Source: Actinobacteria bacterium UBA7422 (GTDB lineage: Bacteria; Actinomycetota; Actinomycetes; S36-B12). From it: a stretch of 42,119 nucleotides of DNA. Location of the stretch: positions 8,217 through 50,335 of the forward strand of contig DKME01000129.1 in the NCBI GenBank assembly GCA_002469525.1. Reading direction: 5' to 3'. Positions 40,624-42,119 of the stretch are shown here, piece after piece. A program made the position numbers and the translations under genes. Below the pieces are notes generated by a model, which was not told the origin of the DNA, searched no databases, and saw only the letters and a program-made list of their open reading frames with translations. Every line of letters begins with the position of its first letter. Position 1 is the stretch's first letter.

Positions 40624-41508
40624 GTGAACACAGATCCAAGTTGGCCACGTGCGACAAGTCTGCTCACTAGCAATTCCGATGCACGCGTTGCCCTGATCGG
40701 GATCCCTGCACACGAAACTTCAATCAGTGCGACCCGCGCTGACACCACTCCTCCTGCCGTTCGCGAGGCAATGAATAGATACTCGACGTATTGCGCAACC
40801 CACGATCAGGAATTACTAAGTCTCGAAGTTTTTGACGCGGGCAATGTGAAAGCTCCCGACCACCCAGCAGGCGAGGCACGAGTGCACGAGAAACTCGCGG
40901 AGCTGAGTGACAAGTTTGTGATCGCGATCGGTGGTGACAACTCGATTACCTACTCGGTTGCAACAGGGTTGTGGGGCAACGAGATCGAGCGTGCAGGGTT
41001 GATCACATTTGACGCCCACCACGATCTGCGTGACGGGATCTCCAATGGTTCCCCTGTTGAACGGCTAGTGCAGGCCGGCCTGAGCGGGAAACGAATTGTT
41101 CAAATTGGAATAGCAGACTTCTCCAACTCACCCCAGTACGCTCAGCGGGCAAAGGAGTACGGAATTACCGTTATCCCGCGCAGCGAATTACGCAATCGCA
41201 CGGCCGAAAGCATTGTGGAACAAGCAATTTCGATTGCCGGTGCTCTGGGTGGGCCGATGCACGTGGACTTCGACGTTGACGTGTGTGACAGGAGTGTTGT
41301 TCCAGGTTGCCCGGCCGCTGCCCCAGGTGGAATCAGTGCAGACGAATTCAGAAACTTCGCGCACCTGATTGGCGCTAGCAATCAAGTTCGCTCCGTTGAC
41401 TTCACCGAGGTTGATGCGCAAGCTGACGCGCCCGACGGCAGAACAGTTCGACTCGTTGCAGTGTCAGTTCTCGAATTGCTGTGCGGTCTTCGCCTGTCAC
41501 GCGAATAA
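40624..41508 (+). CDS. Arginase/agmatinase/formimidoylglutamase family hydrolase (hutG-like)
   Basis: 294 aa from GTG 40624, with GAAGGGG upstream. Ureohydrolase metal motifs are GGDNSITY, FDAHHDLRD and HVDFDVDVCD. The hut gene context suggests formimidoylglutamase, but the specificity is inferred. Confidence 0.65.
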   Translation: MNTDPSWPRATSLLTSNSDARVALIGIPAHETSISATRADTTPPAVREAMNRYSTYCATHDQELLSLEVFDAGNVKAPDHPAGEARVHEKLAELSDKFVIAIGGDNSITYSVATGLWGNEIERAGLITFDAHHDLRDGISNGSPVERLVQAGLSGKRIVQIGIADFSNSPQYAQRAKEYGITVIPRSELRNRTAESIVEQAISIAGALGGPMHVDFDVDVCDRSVVPGCPAAAPGGISADEFRNFAHLIGASNQVRSVDFTEVDAQADAPDGRTVRLVAVSVLELLCGLRLSRE

Positions 41509-41516
41509 CTAATGGA

Positions 41517-42119
41517 CTAGTTGATCCGGCCAACCGGCAGGCGGGTCTCAACGACAACGCCTTCAACTAATTCAATTCGGTAGGCGGCTGCACCTTCAGA
41601 GTCGTTTGGATCCGAATCTGGAAAGTCGCTCACAACTTCAATGGGGATCGTGTCTGAGTACAGAATTCCAATTCGATCGTCAGTTGCATAAGTTGTTGGC
41701 AGTGAACCGTTAGCAACTAGTTCATGAACAAGGGGGCGTCGCTGCTTCTCCGAGTCGTAGTGCACGCCGTTGCCATAGGGCAGCAGCCCTAATCCACCAA
41801 AAGCTGGTTGCAACTCCTTTCCATAGGAGTCAGTGGGACCACCAACATGCCAGCAGATCGATCCGGCGCTGACTCCGGCGAGAACAGTTCCGTCAAGCCA
41901 CGCTTGACGTAGGAGCGAGTCAAGGTTGTGCGCTTTCCAAACTGCCAACAAGTTCACAACGCTGCCACCTCCAACCCAAATCACGTCACTATTCCCAATT
42001 ATTTCTTCGGGAACGTGATTGGGCATGGGGAAGAGTGCCAAGTGGTCGACGTCGCAGTTCAATTCTCGCAATGCGCTGTACATGAGCGAGAGATAGCCTG
42101 GGTCATCGCCTGTTGCTGT
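41517..42119 (-). CDS. Peptidase S51 (dipeptidase E-like) family protein, 5' end outside the window
   Basis: The frame stays open from the stop at 41517 to the window edge. The translated upstream codons read TATGDDPGYLSL before the ORF-track Met, matching the S51 PTASGD-type N-terminal motif. The nucleophile region is GVSAGSICW, and VIWVGGGS is also present. Confidence 0.7.
   Translation of the reverse strand, partial: TATGDDPGYLSLMYSALRELNCDVDHLALFPMPNHVPEEIIGNSDVIWVGGGSVVNLLAVWKAHNLDSLLRQAWLDGTVLAGVSAGSICWHVGGPTDSYGKELQPAFGGLGLLPYGNGVHYDSEKQRRPLVHELVANGSLPTTYATDDRIGILYSDTIPIEVVSDFPDSDPNDSEGAAAYRIELVEGVVVETRLPVGRIN

Noticed and set aside
1-42119. A search by eye for rRNA, tRNA (T-loop GGTTCGA-type motifs in intergenic regions), CRISPR arrays, transposase/integrase genes, and terminal inverted or direct repeats bounding the accessory block.
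   Set aside because: None was recognised. All intergenic regions are short (<270 nt) and the only repeats are the small tandem ones reported. The left boundary of the accessory block lies outside the window.

Overview
This 42.1-kb window looks like part of a moderately GC-rich, actinobacterium-like chromosome. GTG/TTG starts and 1-4 nt stop/start overlaps are frequent. All family calls come from motifs read in the supplied translations; no database search was run.

The left half (about 25-20939) is an accessory-looking block with lower GC by hand spot counts. It is built around a class II lanthipeptide system:
- A Nif11-type leader precursor at 3053-3343, with predicted core (G)DWWKTNCGPISM.
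- A convergent 1043-aa LanM with a CCG (ProcM-like) zinc motif at 9251-12382.
- Two paralogous HlyD-ABC-ABC export modules. Module 1 (3412-9214) carries an intact C39 leader peptidase. Module 2 (12508-17875) has only degenerate C39-like domains.
- A fifth ABC-exporter-type protein with a dead ATPase domain fused to a cyclic-nucleotide-binding domain (25-2112).
- A MinD/ParA-like ATPase directly upstream of the precursor (2248-3012).

Module 2 is translationally coupled to three further genes: a family-3 solute-binding lipoprotein, a Cache+HAMP sensor with no output domain, and a signal-peptide-bearing acetolactate-decarboxylase-family protein.

The right half is mostly housekeeping:
- apt, xylB, a TauE-like permease, two Gfo/Idh/MocA oxidoreductases and an SDR.
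- A sulfur-handling module: ArsR, rhodanese-MBL, DsrE-like, TusA, a fused FeS-NrfD subunit and a 970-aa molybdopterin enzyme without a Tat signal (SoeABC-like).
- A DUF2461 protein.
- A histidine utilisation cluster: hutH-hutI-hutU, an IclR regulator and a hutG-like gene.
- A partial S51 peptidase at the right edge.

No rRNA, tRNA, CRISPR array, transposase or integrase was recognised.
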